The notes beneath the pieces were generated by a model. The model was not told the DNA's origin. It worked only from the letters and a program-made list of their open reading frames with translations, and made no database searches. Positions 7,673 through 14,063 of a stretch of 16,311 bases of DNA are shown one piece after another (the first letter of the stretch is position 1; each line of letters opens with the position of its first letter). The stretch is from a virus (taxonomy: Duplodnaviria > Heunggongvirae > Uroviricota > Caudoviricetes): positions 1 through 16,311 of IMG/VR virus record IMGVR_UViG_3300013307_000018. One strand, given 5' to 3'. A program made the translations under genes and the position numbers.

Positions 7673-8113
7673 ATGGACTATGACATCATCAAATACACGA
7701 TGGTGGGTATCTTCATGTTGTTGCTGTGTTTGTTCGTGGCGGTAAACTTCGGACTGTCACGCGATGACATCGTAGGCCGAGTACTCAACAAAATAAACAT
7801 CGAGCGGTACGCTGCTCGGTACCATGAAGGGGTTCTTGTTTATCACAACGAGCAACCCCTCACCCCCGAGACCCCCACGGTGGAGTTAGTGGCCTTCCTT
7901 ACGGCCCGACTCCAGATAGTGTTGCGACCTGCTGATTTCAAATACCTCAAGATAGAAGTACGACAGGACAAAACTTATTTGCATGCCGTGATGTCTCGAC
8001 AGTGTAGTGTTTTTTATGGCCAGGTCTCTTTTCTGATTGATGTCATCCGGGTGAAAGTCCCGAGTGCCTCGATTATTCGTGTTACTTCTTTGGGCGGATT
8101 GTTGGCTCCGTAA
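7673..8113 (+). CDS. N-terminally membrane-anchored hypothetical protein (146 aa)
   Basis: TM-like segment TMVGIFMLLLCLFVAVNFGL. AAGGG precedes the ATG. Confidence 0.7.
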   Translation: MDYDIIKYTMVGIFMLLLCLFVAVNFGLSRDDIVGRVLNKINIERYAARYHEGVLVYHNEQPLTPETPTVELVAFLTARLQIVLRPADFKYLKIEVRQDKTYLHAVMSRQCSVFYGQVSFLIDVIRVKVPSASIIRVTSLGGLLAP

Positions 8114-8187
8114 AATTCAACAGACGTATCATTTGCAGGTAGTCTGTAAAGATATTCAATGCTTTTTCCTCATTTAGGAGTAATACC

Positions 8188-8763
8188 ATGGTAGCTTCAG
8201 TATGGAAACAACCCGGACGTGACGTAGTACTGGATCTTGTTTCTGCAGCGAACACCGGCTTTGAAGCGGTTCGTTCTTCTTTTGAGTTCACTACGGTTGC
8301 CTCACCTACGGCTGACGGCGCTGCGAAAAACTCAAAGGCTACCCTCAGCCCAACCGCTGAAGGTGCGGCCACGTACGAAGGTGACGTAGAAGTCACCTGG
8401 GACCGTCTGCAGCTCGAAGTGTATGTGGATGCCGTACTGACCGGTAACACGGTTGATTACGTACCGGATGCCGGTAACGGCAAACCACGTCTGGTTGAAG
8501 GTCTGACCCCAGCTGACATCGTGGGCGTACTGAATGCCGTGTTGGGTCTGCAGACCGTTGCAGCGGATTTCACCGCTGAGTCACTGACCGTTACCAAGGT
8601 CTCTGACACGGAGTTCACCATCACTCCAGTGGCGTCTGATGGCACGTTCCTGTTCCTGGGTTCAAGCACCATCACGTTCAACCAAGCCGTTGAGAAACAG
8701 CAGACCGCCTCTGTAGTTCAGAACACCGAACTTGACGGTCTGAATGCCCCGGTTGCCGGCTAA
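8188..8763 (+). CDS. phiKZ-type virion structural protein (191 aa)
   Basis: AGGAG RBS. Motifs W-x-Q-P...DL...N, Y-x-G-x-V-x-x-T-W-x-R-L-x-L, FTITP...LFLGS and the C-terminal ELDGLNAP are patterns I associate with paralogous virion proteins of phiKZ relatives. Confidence 0.7.
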   Translation: MVASVWKQPGRDVVLDLVSAANTGFEAVRSSFEFTTVASPTADGAAKNSKATLSPTAEGAATYEGDVEVTWDRLQLEVYVDAVLTGNTVDYVPDAGNGKPRLVEGLTPADIVGVLNAVLGLQTVAADFTAESLTVTKVSDTEFTITPVASDGTFLFLGSSTITFNQAVEKQQTASVVQNTELDGLNAPVAG

Positions 8764-8790
8764 CGGTAATTTGTAAGTGCATGAAAACTA

Positions 8791-8819
8791 TGGAGACCTT
8801 TGGGTCTCCATTTATGCCG
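8791..8819 (+). terminator. terminator hairpin followed by TTTATGCCG
   Basis: TGGAGACC-tttg-GGTCTCCA (perfect 8 bp) then TTTATGCCG, just after the stop at 8763. Confidence 0.75.
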
Positions 8820-8864
8820 TTCGGTATGGTGTGGGACTACTACCCGAAACTACAGGAGTGCGTT

Positions 8865-9416
8865 ATGGCCACGAACTGGAATCAACCACCCGCAGCAATC
8901 GTCACGGATTTGCTGGCTGATAAGAACACGAAGTTCTCCTCGACTGCGTCGTCTTTTGCCTTCAAAAACGTGGGACCCAATACCCAAGCTAACGCGACGT
9001 CGAAGAACACACAAATCACCGTGTATCCCACCGACACGACGAAATACTCGGGTGAGGTGATTGCGACGTACAGACGTGTGGAATTCCCGGCTTTCATGAA
9101 CAAGAAGACCGGGTCACCTACACCGACGGTGAGCTGGGGCCAGCAGACCGGACAGACCTTGGTTGCTGCGAGCACCACCAAAGCGCAATTGGTGAGTCTC
9201 ATCAATACGCTGTTTGGTTTGCAGTTATCCACAACTGACTACGCCACACTAACAGCCACCCTCGACGGGGGCTTCGTAAACATCGCTATCACGTTTGCGG
9301 ATGCTAACCTGGTGTTTGTACCCTCCGTCAGTGCAACGTTACGCTTAGACCAAACCACCCCAACCAGTGCCATCATTACAGCACCGGACCTGGATGGGTT
9401 GGACCTGCCTGCTTAA
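8865..9416 (+). CDS. phiKZ-type virion structural protein (183 aa), paralog of 8188-8763
   Basis: CAGGAG RBS precedes the ATG at 8865. The track start at 8781 would span the terminator. Motifs: WNQPPAAIVTDLL, YSGEVIATYRRV, DLDGLDLPA. Confidence 0.75.
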   Translation: MATNWNQPPAAIVTDLLADKNTKFSSTASSFAFKNVGPNTQANATSKNTQITVYPTDTTKYSGEVIATYRRVEFPAFMNKKTGSPTPTVSWGQQTGQTLVAASTTKAQLVSLINTLFGLQLSTTDYATLTATLDGGFVNIAITFADANLVFVPSVSATLRLDQTTPTSAIITAPDLDGLDLPA

Positions 9417-9427
9417 CGTGTATCCCA

Positions 9428-9454
9428 GGGAGCCTTCGGGCTCCCTTTATGCCG
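9428..9454 (+). terminator. UUCG-loop terminator followed by TTTATGCCG
   Basis: GGGAGCC-TTCG-GGCTCCC-TTTATGCCG, directly after the stop at 9416. Confidence 0.85.
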
Positions 9455-9455
9455 A

Positions 9456-9500
9456 CGGCAAAATAAAAGAAAAATCAGGAGCCTCAAATAAGACCCCTGA
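9456..9500 (-). terminator. convergent terminator of the minus-strand block
   Basis: On the minus strand TCAGGGGTCTT-attt-GAGGCTCCTGA (9475-9500) is followed by TTTTTCTTTTATTTTGCCG. Confidence 0.7.
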
Positions 9501-9507
9501 TTACCCG

Positions 9508-9840
9508 CTAGAATATATCGGGCAGCTCAACCGCACCCTCACCGGCTTGTGCATGCATAAACAGCAAACACAAGGTCGCCCCGATAAGCGCAATCGCCAA
9601 GACAACGAACCACAAAATCGAAACGCCCCACAGTGCTTTAGTGCCATAGACTCCTGAAATATCAGGATTCCCTCCGCTCCAGTACGTCAACAGACACCCC
9701 GCAGTGTAAACTGCGATAACGGCATAGGTAGCTTCGGCTGGCCCTACATGGATGTACACCCAGCCACATGCAGTCAGTGCAATTAACGTAGCAAAGGCGT
9801 AAAGCCAAAGTTTCGCGACTTCACGAAAATGAACATTCAT
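9508..9840 (-). CDS. membrane protein with about three TM segments (110 aa, or 114 aa from 9852)
   Basis: Three hydrophobic runs. GGGGT precedes the ATG at 9840. Confidence 0.7.
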   Translation of the reverse strand: MNVHFREVAKLWLYAFATLIALTACGWVYIHVGPAEATYAVIAVYTAGCLLTYWSGGNPDISGVYGTKALWGVSILWFVVLAIALIGATLCLLFMHAQAGEGAVELPDIF

Positions 9841-9885
9841 GGTTAACCCCATTATAGATAACAGACAGTTACAGTTTCTGTCGTA

Positions 9886-10185
9886 CTATTCGTTACGGAT
9901 TCGCGACCATCCGGCGAGCAGTAAACAGCCAAAGTAATAGGGGTACAGTACCGGCCATAAAAAGAGCATCTTCGTTTCTTGCTTGGTGTAGGTATTGCCT
10001 TCAATCCCCATAACCCAATACCGGGGGTCAGAGGCATACATCAGTAACCCAATCCCCAGATATACCGTGAGTAACGGTAAACGGGGTGTGAGTACCCAGG
10101 CAAAACAGGTAATCAACGACAGTCCACCGAGCGCCCCCATAAAAAACAGGATTGCCCACCACCCTACCCAGGAGTTACGCGCCAT
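9886..10185 (-). CDS. membrane protein with about three TM segments (99 aa)
   Basis: Hydrophobic runs, including YLGIGLLMY and LFLWPVLYPYY. Confidence 0.7.
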   Translation of the reverse strand: MARNSWVGWWAILFFMGALGGLSLITCFAWVLTPRLPLLTVYLGIGLLMYASDPRYWVMGIEGNTYTKQETKMLFLWPVLYPYYFGCLLLAGWSRIRNE

Positions 10186-10691
10186 AGTAGTCTACTCTCG
10201 ATATATTTACGATCCTCTAAATCGAACGAGATGATCCCACGCAATGCTTTGGTTTCGCCCATTAAACTTACCTTGCTGCGCATTGAGAAGATAAGTCCCT
10301 GGTTCCGAGTCAGGACCCAATCGAACCTGACCAAATCCAGTGGTTGTATAATCCCGTCAATATGTATTTTCTTGCCTTCCTTGGTGAGTGTGTAGGACAA
10401 CAACCGAAAGTACGGCCGCAGAATAGAGGACTGTCTGCGGGTGTTGAAGCGTACGTACGTCAGCCGTGACAGATTACGGGCGTAACGGTACTCACCCATA
10501 GCCAATCCCACCAACGGCAGCATCGCCCGATTCACGGTATCGTACTCCGATTGCAGATACGGTCCTTCCAACGAGAGTTCATTCACGGTCGCTAACCGGA
10601 CATGGTAGTGCCCTAACGCATCCGGTATGGGTGCTGGGTTAATCCCCAGCGTACAACTCACCAACGGTGTGGCGTACAGATTCAGTGACAT
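10164..10691 (-). CDS. hypothetical protein, possibly a degenerate S80 (T4 gp21-like) prohead-protease fold (175 aa)
   Basis: GAGGGG RBS. The ordered motifs GLAMGEY, IDGIIQP, FSMRS and ISFD resemble the S80 motifs GE-x-x-HP, SSRG and VDAV, but the His is absent. Confidence 0.45.
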   Translation of the reverse strand: MSLNLYATPLVSCTLGINPAPIPDALGHYHVRLATVNELSLEGPYLQSEYDTVNRAMLPLVGLAMGEYRYARNLSRLTYVRFNTRRQSSILRPYFRLLSYTLTKEGKKIHIDGIIQPLDLVRFDWVLTRNQGLIFSMRSKVSLMGETKALRGIISFDLEDRKYIESRLLWRVTPG

Positions 10692-10732
10692 GGTGCTTTT
10701 CCCCTCGCAGTGACACTCCTAAAATACGCCTG

Positions 10733-10783
10733 AAAAACAAAAAAAAATAAAGCACGGCCAGCCAGGGAGGCCGAAGCCTCCCT
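10733..10783 (-). terminator. UUCG-loop terminator
   Basis: GGGAGGC-TTCG-GCCTCCC at 10765-10782, followed by TGGCTGGCCG and then a long T run. Confidence 0.8.
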
Positions 10784-10790
10784 ACCGGAA

Positions 10791-11198
10791 TTATGCAAGC
10801 AGATACGGGTATCTGGGATAGATAAACTCGATTTCCACCTCAGTGGCTTTTGATTTGAAGACAAACAAGATGGCGTCCTGGCAGGTGATATAGCTCAGGT
10901 GTGGTCGTGTGTAGTCGCCATTGACTGCACCCAACAAATGCACAATCGACATGGACTCTTCAATCTCTTTTACGATGGTCATCAAGCTGACCGGTGTCGG
11001 GGCGTGTTCAGCGAGTTTCAGTTTGTCAAACAGCAGGTTGCGTCCTCGTGCCATGGCCTCCAGTTGGGCTTTCGCATAGTTCGCATCGTAGTGTTTGCGT
11101 GAGTCTTTATTTTTTTCGAACTGGTACACACAGGCGACTAACAGAATATAAGCCGCCATCAGTACTACGGAGAAAGCCGGTTGAGAAAGCAGTGACAT
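10791..11198 (-). CDS. N-terminally membrane-anchored hypothetical protein (135 aa)
   Basis: AGGA RBS. TM-like segment AFSVVLMAAYILLVACVY. Confidence 0.75.
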   Translation of the reverse strand: MSLLSQPAFSVVLMAAYILLVACVYQFEKNKDSRKHYDANYAKAQLEAMARGRNLLFDKLKLAEHAPTPVSLMTIVKEIEESMSIVHLLGAVNGDYTRPHLSYITCQDAILFVFKSKATEVEIEFIYPRYPYLLA

Positions 11199-11212
11199 GA
11201 GTGTAATCCTTT

Positions 11213-11599
11213 TTAACGACAGTAAATTTTAACCGTTACGCGAGCGTTCGGGCTGATGAGGTCCACCTCTTTAACGGCGGAGTTATGGCGTGAGCCTTTG
11301 ATGGCCCACTTCACGTTTACAGACTTCTTGTGTTCTTTTTGGTGTGTGCCTTTTTCCAGAAACACGACGTTGTCGATGTCTTTGTCGACCAGTGGCTGGA
11401 AGATTTTCTTACGGGTGTGACTGCTACGCTGCAAAGCCATGGCAATTTTGGTCAACAGCGCACCTTCACGTTGTACGTCTGCTTTGGTTGCAAAGATGGA
11501 CGCGTGGTTCTGACAGGCATAGGCCACCAACCCAACCCCTGCGACGACAGCCGCAACACCCAGGACGAGTTGTAATTGTGCTCTTTCTTGTTGGTTCAT
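11213..11599 (-). CDS. N-terminally membrane-anchored basic protein (128 aa)
   Basis: GGAG RBS. TM-like segment LVLGVAAVVAGVGLVAYAC, with a Lys-rich C-terminus. Confidence 0.75.
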   Translation of the reverse strand: MNQQERAQLQLVLGVAAVVAGVGLVAYACQNHASIFATKADVQREGALLTKIAMALQRSSHTRKKIFQPLVDKDIDNVVFLEKGTHQKEHKKSVNVKWAIKGSRHNSAVKEVDLISPNARVTVKIYCR

Positions 11600-11626
11600 T
11601 GTTGTACTCCAGTGGATACGTAAAGA

Positions 11627-11839
11627 TTAATCGGCCAGTGTGAGGTAACCTACGACACCGCCCGCGATGGTACCGATGCTGATGCAGGTCATCGCGCGCC
11701 GTTGGCTGGCTTCTCTCTGCTCCTGCAGTTCGTCCAGGGTACCGTCTTTTTTATCAGTCTGGTCAAGCGCAATGGCCACACCAACACCTGCGAGACTGCC
11801 GAGCAGAGCACCACATTGAGTAGCAATATAAGCGTGCAT
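11627..11839 (-). CDS. small glycine-zipper two-TM protein (70 aa)
   Basis: GGAG RBS. GALLGSLAG and GTIAGGVVG flank a charged helix. Confidence 0.7.
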   Translation of the reverse strand: MHAYIATQCGALLGSLAGVGVAIALDQTDKKDGTLDELQEQREASQRRAMTCISIGTIAGGVVGYLTLAD

Positions 11840-11869
11840 GATTGTATCTCCGAAAATAATAAAAGTAGA

Positions 11870-11887
11870 AGGGGGCCTATGCCCCCT
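11870..11887 (-). terminator. terminator hairpin
   Basis: AGGGGGC-4 nt-GCCCCCT, followed on the minus strand by TCTACTTTTATTATTTT. Confidence 0.7.
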
Positions 11888-11892
11888 CGTTA

Positions 11893-12411
11893 TCAGAAGT
11901 AGTTATCTTCTGAGTCGTCACCACGTTGAACCCGTGCGAATCCCGGTAACTTACTCAGGATAGCGTGGACTATTGGGGAGTGGGGGCACGCTGCATTTTG
12001 TCTTGCATCCCGTTCACGACCCTCAACCAAAATGACACAGTAGGTTTGAGCCAGACTTGCGAAATCCGAGGCCTCGGCATAACCCAACTTTGTCACGTCA
12101 GCAACACTGCGCGCAACCAAAGTCTCGCAGTCAAGTGGTGTAGTACCTTCGGGGTGGGTGTAGTGCCAATAAGCACCGCCTACCAGACGAGAAACCAACA
12201 CAATCTCACGGACCGTCAAGGATGGACACGTCACATGTAGGTGACTACCGACCACAGCAAAGACCGCACTACTGCGACTGTCTTGTTGCAAACCGTGACG
12301 GTCCACCGCCATAGCCATGCGCTCAATGCGTTCGACATTGAGTTCACCCATACCCAAGCGGCGTGCATACACTGCCACATTGTGAGCAAAGCCAGCCAAT
12401 ACAAAACCCAT
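11893..12411 (-). CDS. hypothetical protein (172 aa)
   Basis: GGAGG RBS, a candidate promoter upstream and a terminator downstream. Confidence 0.8.
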   Translation of the reverse strand: MGFVLAGFAHNVAVYARRLGMGELNVERIERMAMAVDRHGLQQDSRSSAVFAVVGSHLHVTCPSLTVREIVLVSRLVGGAYWHYTHPEGTTPLDCETLVARSVADVTKLGYAEASDFASLAQTYCVILVEGRERDARQNAACPHSPIVHAILSKLPGFARVQRGDDSEDNYF

Positions 12412-12465
12412 AAGACCTCCAAAGTCTTAACGGACAGAGAACCATTTCTCTATCTATTCGCAGCA

Positions 12466-12481
12466 GTGATATACGTTTATA
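12466..12481 (-). promoter_or_regulatory. candidate early promoter AAACGTATATCAC
   Basis: The 13 bp at 12466-12478 are identical to 13830-13842. The core TATATCAC is one mismatch from phiKZ TATATTAC, and it lies 55 nt upstream of the ATG. Confidence 0.6.
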
Positions 12482-12511
12482 AAAAGTTTATTTGACGTTT
12501 CAGGAAAAATG

Positions 12512-12539
12512 CGGCATAGATGGGAGGCCGAAGCCTCCC
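12512..12539 (-). terminator. UUCG hairpin followed by ATC-TATGCCG
   Basis: GGGAGGC-TTCG-GCCTCCC at 12522-12539, with no canonical U-tract directly after the stem. Confidence 0.75.
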
Positions 12540-12545
12540 GGACAA

Positions 12546-12797
12546 TCAGGCGTCACAGTACACAGGAATACGGTATTCCCCACAGGGGGCGGCTTCCATA
12601 ATCCAGGCCCACGTACTCGCAGGTTTTAGGCCTTTATCTTTGCCGTTGTAATACCCGGCGATGGAGCGGGTATCATCGGGGTTGGTCAGGTATACAGGCA
12701 CTGTCTCCGTCAGGGTTTTCACCGGGCATAAATACCGATTGAACTTACCATCCTTTAAGCGCTCAACATACCCGACAGGCTGCTCTGACCCGGCCAT
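12546..12797 (-). CDS. hypothetical protein with an internal [PI]-[VA]-G-Y...P-V-Y repeat (83 aa)
   Basis: The start overlaps the upstream stop (TAATG). QPVGY...VPVY is followed by SIAGY...IPVY. Confidence 0.7.
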   Translation of the reverse strand: MAGSEQPVGYVERLKDGKFNRYLCPVKTLTETVPVYLTNPDDTRSIAGYYNGKDKGLKPASTWAWIMEAAPCGEYRIPVYCDA

Positions 12798-12937
12798 TAG
12801 ATTTTACAGCCTTCGCAGTCAGCATCGTCGTCAGCAATGGCTTCGCCGCCAGCACTGCGTTTGGCATCAATCGCAGCTTCATCAATGTCCAGCGCGTCGA
12901 TGTTGTCGAAATCGATATTGTCTTGTGGGTTTGACAT
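12797..12937 (-). CDS. 46-aa acidic mini-protein ending in CEGCKI, resembling the RNR alpha C-terminal tail (not in the ORF track)
   Basis: MSNPQDNIDFDNIDALDIDEAAIDAKRSAGGEAIADDDADCEGCKI. It has an AGGA RBS, and its stop is coupled to the next ATG. Confidence 0.75.
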   Translation of the reverse strand: MSNPQDNIDFDNIDALDIDEAAIDAKRSAGGEAIADDDADCEGCKI

Positions 12938-12970
12938 CGTAGTGTTTCCTGTTATGAAAAAAGGGCATGT

Positions 12971-12978
12971 GTGGTATA
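12971..12978 (-). promoter_or_regulatory. candidate promoter core TATACCAC
   Basis: One mismatch from TATATCAC. It lies between a terminator and the ATG at 12937. Confidence 0.35.
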
Positions 12979-12986
12979 TGATTAAA

Positions 12987-13014
12987 CAAAAAAATAAGGG
13001 AGCCGAAGCTCCCT
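12987..13014 (-). terminator. UUCG-loop terminator
   Basis: GGGAGC-TTCG-GCTCCC at 12998-13013, followed by a T-rich run. Confidence 0.85.
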
Positions 13015-13026
13015 GTAGACTGACCG

Positions 13027-13461
13027 TTATCGACCGGTGATATGGTCAACAATGGTCATGGACAACACACGGCACTCGTTCTCACGGTTGGTCTGTGTGG
13101 TGGCTTCAATCACGAAGGTGTCTTTCTTCTTCCCGATGGTGCGATGGACAGGGGATACCCAGATATCGCCACCTGCTGTGACGGTGTTCTGTCCACCAAC
13201 AGACGCCGGTATCAGAAACACGGTAGAGGATTTCTCCACGTATTCCACTTCACTGAAGCGCGCATCCATCTTGGCGTCTTTCTCACCGGCCGAGACCAGG
13301 TTGATAAGCTGTGCGGTCGCCGTGGCCACTTCACGCTGGCACTTCTCATTGGCAACCGGTACACCAGGAGCAACCGTTGAAGCCCCCGCTACTTTACTCA
13401 ACACAATGACTGCAACAACAGCAATACTGAACAGCAATTTACCGCAAATATCTTTAGACAT
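13027..13461 (-). CDS. signal-peptide or membrane-anchored hypothetical protein (144 aa)
   Basis: N-terminal K...LLFSIAVVAVIVLSKVAGA. Two cysteines in the soluble part (EKCQR, NECRV) could form a periplasmic disulfide. Confidence 0.75.
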   Translation of the reverse strand: MSKDICGKLLFSIAVVAVIVLSKVAGASTVAPGVPVANEKCQREVATATAQLINLVSAGEKDAKMDARFSEVEYVEKSSTVFLIPASVGGQNTVTAGGDIWVSPVHRTIGKKKDTFVIEATTQTNRENECRVLSMTIVDHITGR

Positions 13462-13484
13462 GTCTTTGTCTTCCGTTTAAAGAG

Positions 13485-13751
13485 TTAGATAACGTCCGCT
13501 GACAACAGCGCGACGATGATTAGTATCAGACGAATTACCAGCGTACTTAAGCACGCCAGCAGTGATGCGAGTACCCAGGTAAACACTGACCGGCGTCGCA
13601 CGAAGCGGTCGATAGCATAAATGAGGGTGGCAATCATAACGGCTGCCGTGAGTATCACGCAGCTGAGTAAGCCACTGTGTCGCGTGCAATAGAGCGCGAC
13701 CACTCCCACCAGTACATAGAAGAACACAAACGACAACAGACGTTGACGCAT
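13485..13751 (-). CDS. small membrane protein with about three TM segments (88 aa)
   Basis: AGGA RBS and three hydrophobic runs separated by basic residues. Confidence 0.75.
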   Translation of the reverse strand: MRQRLLSFVFFYVLVGVVALYCTRHSGLLSCVILTAAVMIATLIYAIDRFVRRRSVFTWVLASLLACLSTLVIRLILIIVALLSADVI

Positions 13752-13829
13752 TTTATTTTCCTTTCAGGTCATCAGACGCAAGGTAAATGGTTTCGTGGGA
13801 GTGAATTTATACTCACTTCTATCCAATAC

Positions 13830-13847
13830 GTGATATACGTTTTTATA
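13830..13847 (-). promoter_or_regulatory. candidate early promoter AAACGTATATCAC
   Basis: Second copy of the 13-mer, in AT-rich DNA directly downstream of a terminator. Confidence 0.6.
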
Positions 13848-13865
13848 TATTTCATTTCAACTTTA

Positions 13866-13893
13866 CGGCATAACAGGGAGGCCGAAGCCTCCC
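13866..13893 (-). terminator. UUCG hairpin followed by TGT-TATGCCG
   Basis: GGGAGGC-TTCG-GCCTCCC at 13876-13893, identical to the stems at 10765 and 12522. Confidence 0.75.
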
Positions 13894-13902
13894 CGACTAG
13901 AG

Positions 13903-14055
13903 CTACTGCGATTGCTTCAAAATCACGACCTCGCCTTTTTCACGGCTGGGTAGTGGAATGTTGGTTCGGGCTACGCAAAGCGCCTCGTAGGACACACGGG
14001 TGTCTTCTGGACGCGTTTGACGAGGTAGGTCTAATGGGATTGCTGTGTTCGTCAT
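13903..14055 (-). CDS. small hypothetical protein (50 aa, not in the ORF track)
   Basis: MTNTAIPLDLPRQTRPEDTRVSYEALCVARTNIPLPSREKGEVVILKQSQ. It has an AAGG RBS and ends just before a terminator. Confidence 0.5.
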   Translation of the reverse strand: MTNTAIPLDLPRQTRPEDTRVSYEALCVARTNIPLPSREKGEVVILKQSQ

Positions 14056-14063
14056 AAGTGACC

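Noticed and set aside
8781-8864. Track start at 8781 for the second virion protein
   Set aside because: This extension spans a terminator hairpin. The ATG at 8865 has a CAGGAG RBS and aligns with the paralog's N-terminus.
9852-10037. Same-strand overlapping ORFs 9852-10037, 15107-15439, 11-235, 815-1072 and 12231-12422
   Set aside because: They are out-of-frame overlaps within better genes and lack an RBS. 15107-15439 would also run into the tRNA-like element.
7532-12081. TATGCCG copies at 7532, 9720 and 12075 (and at 14466 over a start codon)
   Set aside because: They lie inside coding sequence (two are Tyr-Ala codons) with no adjacent hairpin, so they are excluded from the module count.
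13037-13480. Antisense ORFs such as 13037-13480, 14058-14462, 1424-1735, 2359-2727, 5553-5927 and 8082-8450
   Set aside because: They shadow better-supported genes on the opposite strand, lack an RBS or recognisable motifs, and conflict with terminator orientation.
10765-13893. Repeated 18-bp palindromes as a CRISPR array or REP elements
   Set aside because: The copies are 0.5-1.8 kb apart with whole genes between them, and each follows a stop codon. No cas genes are present. They fit terminators.
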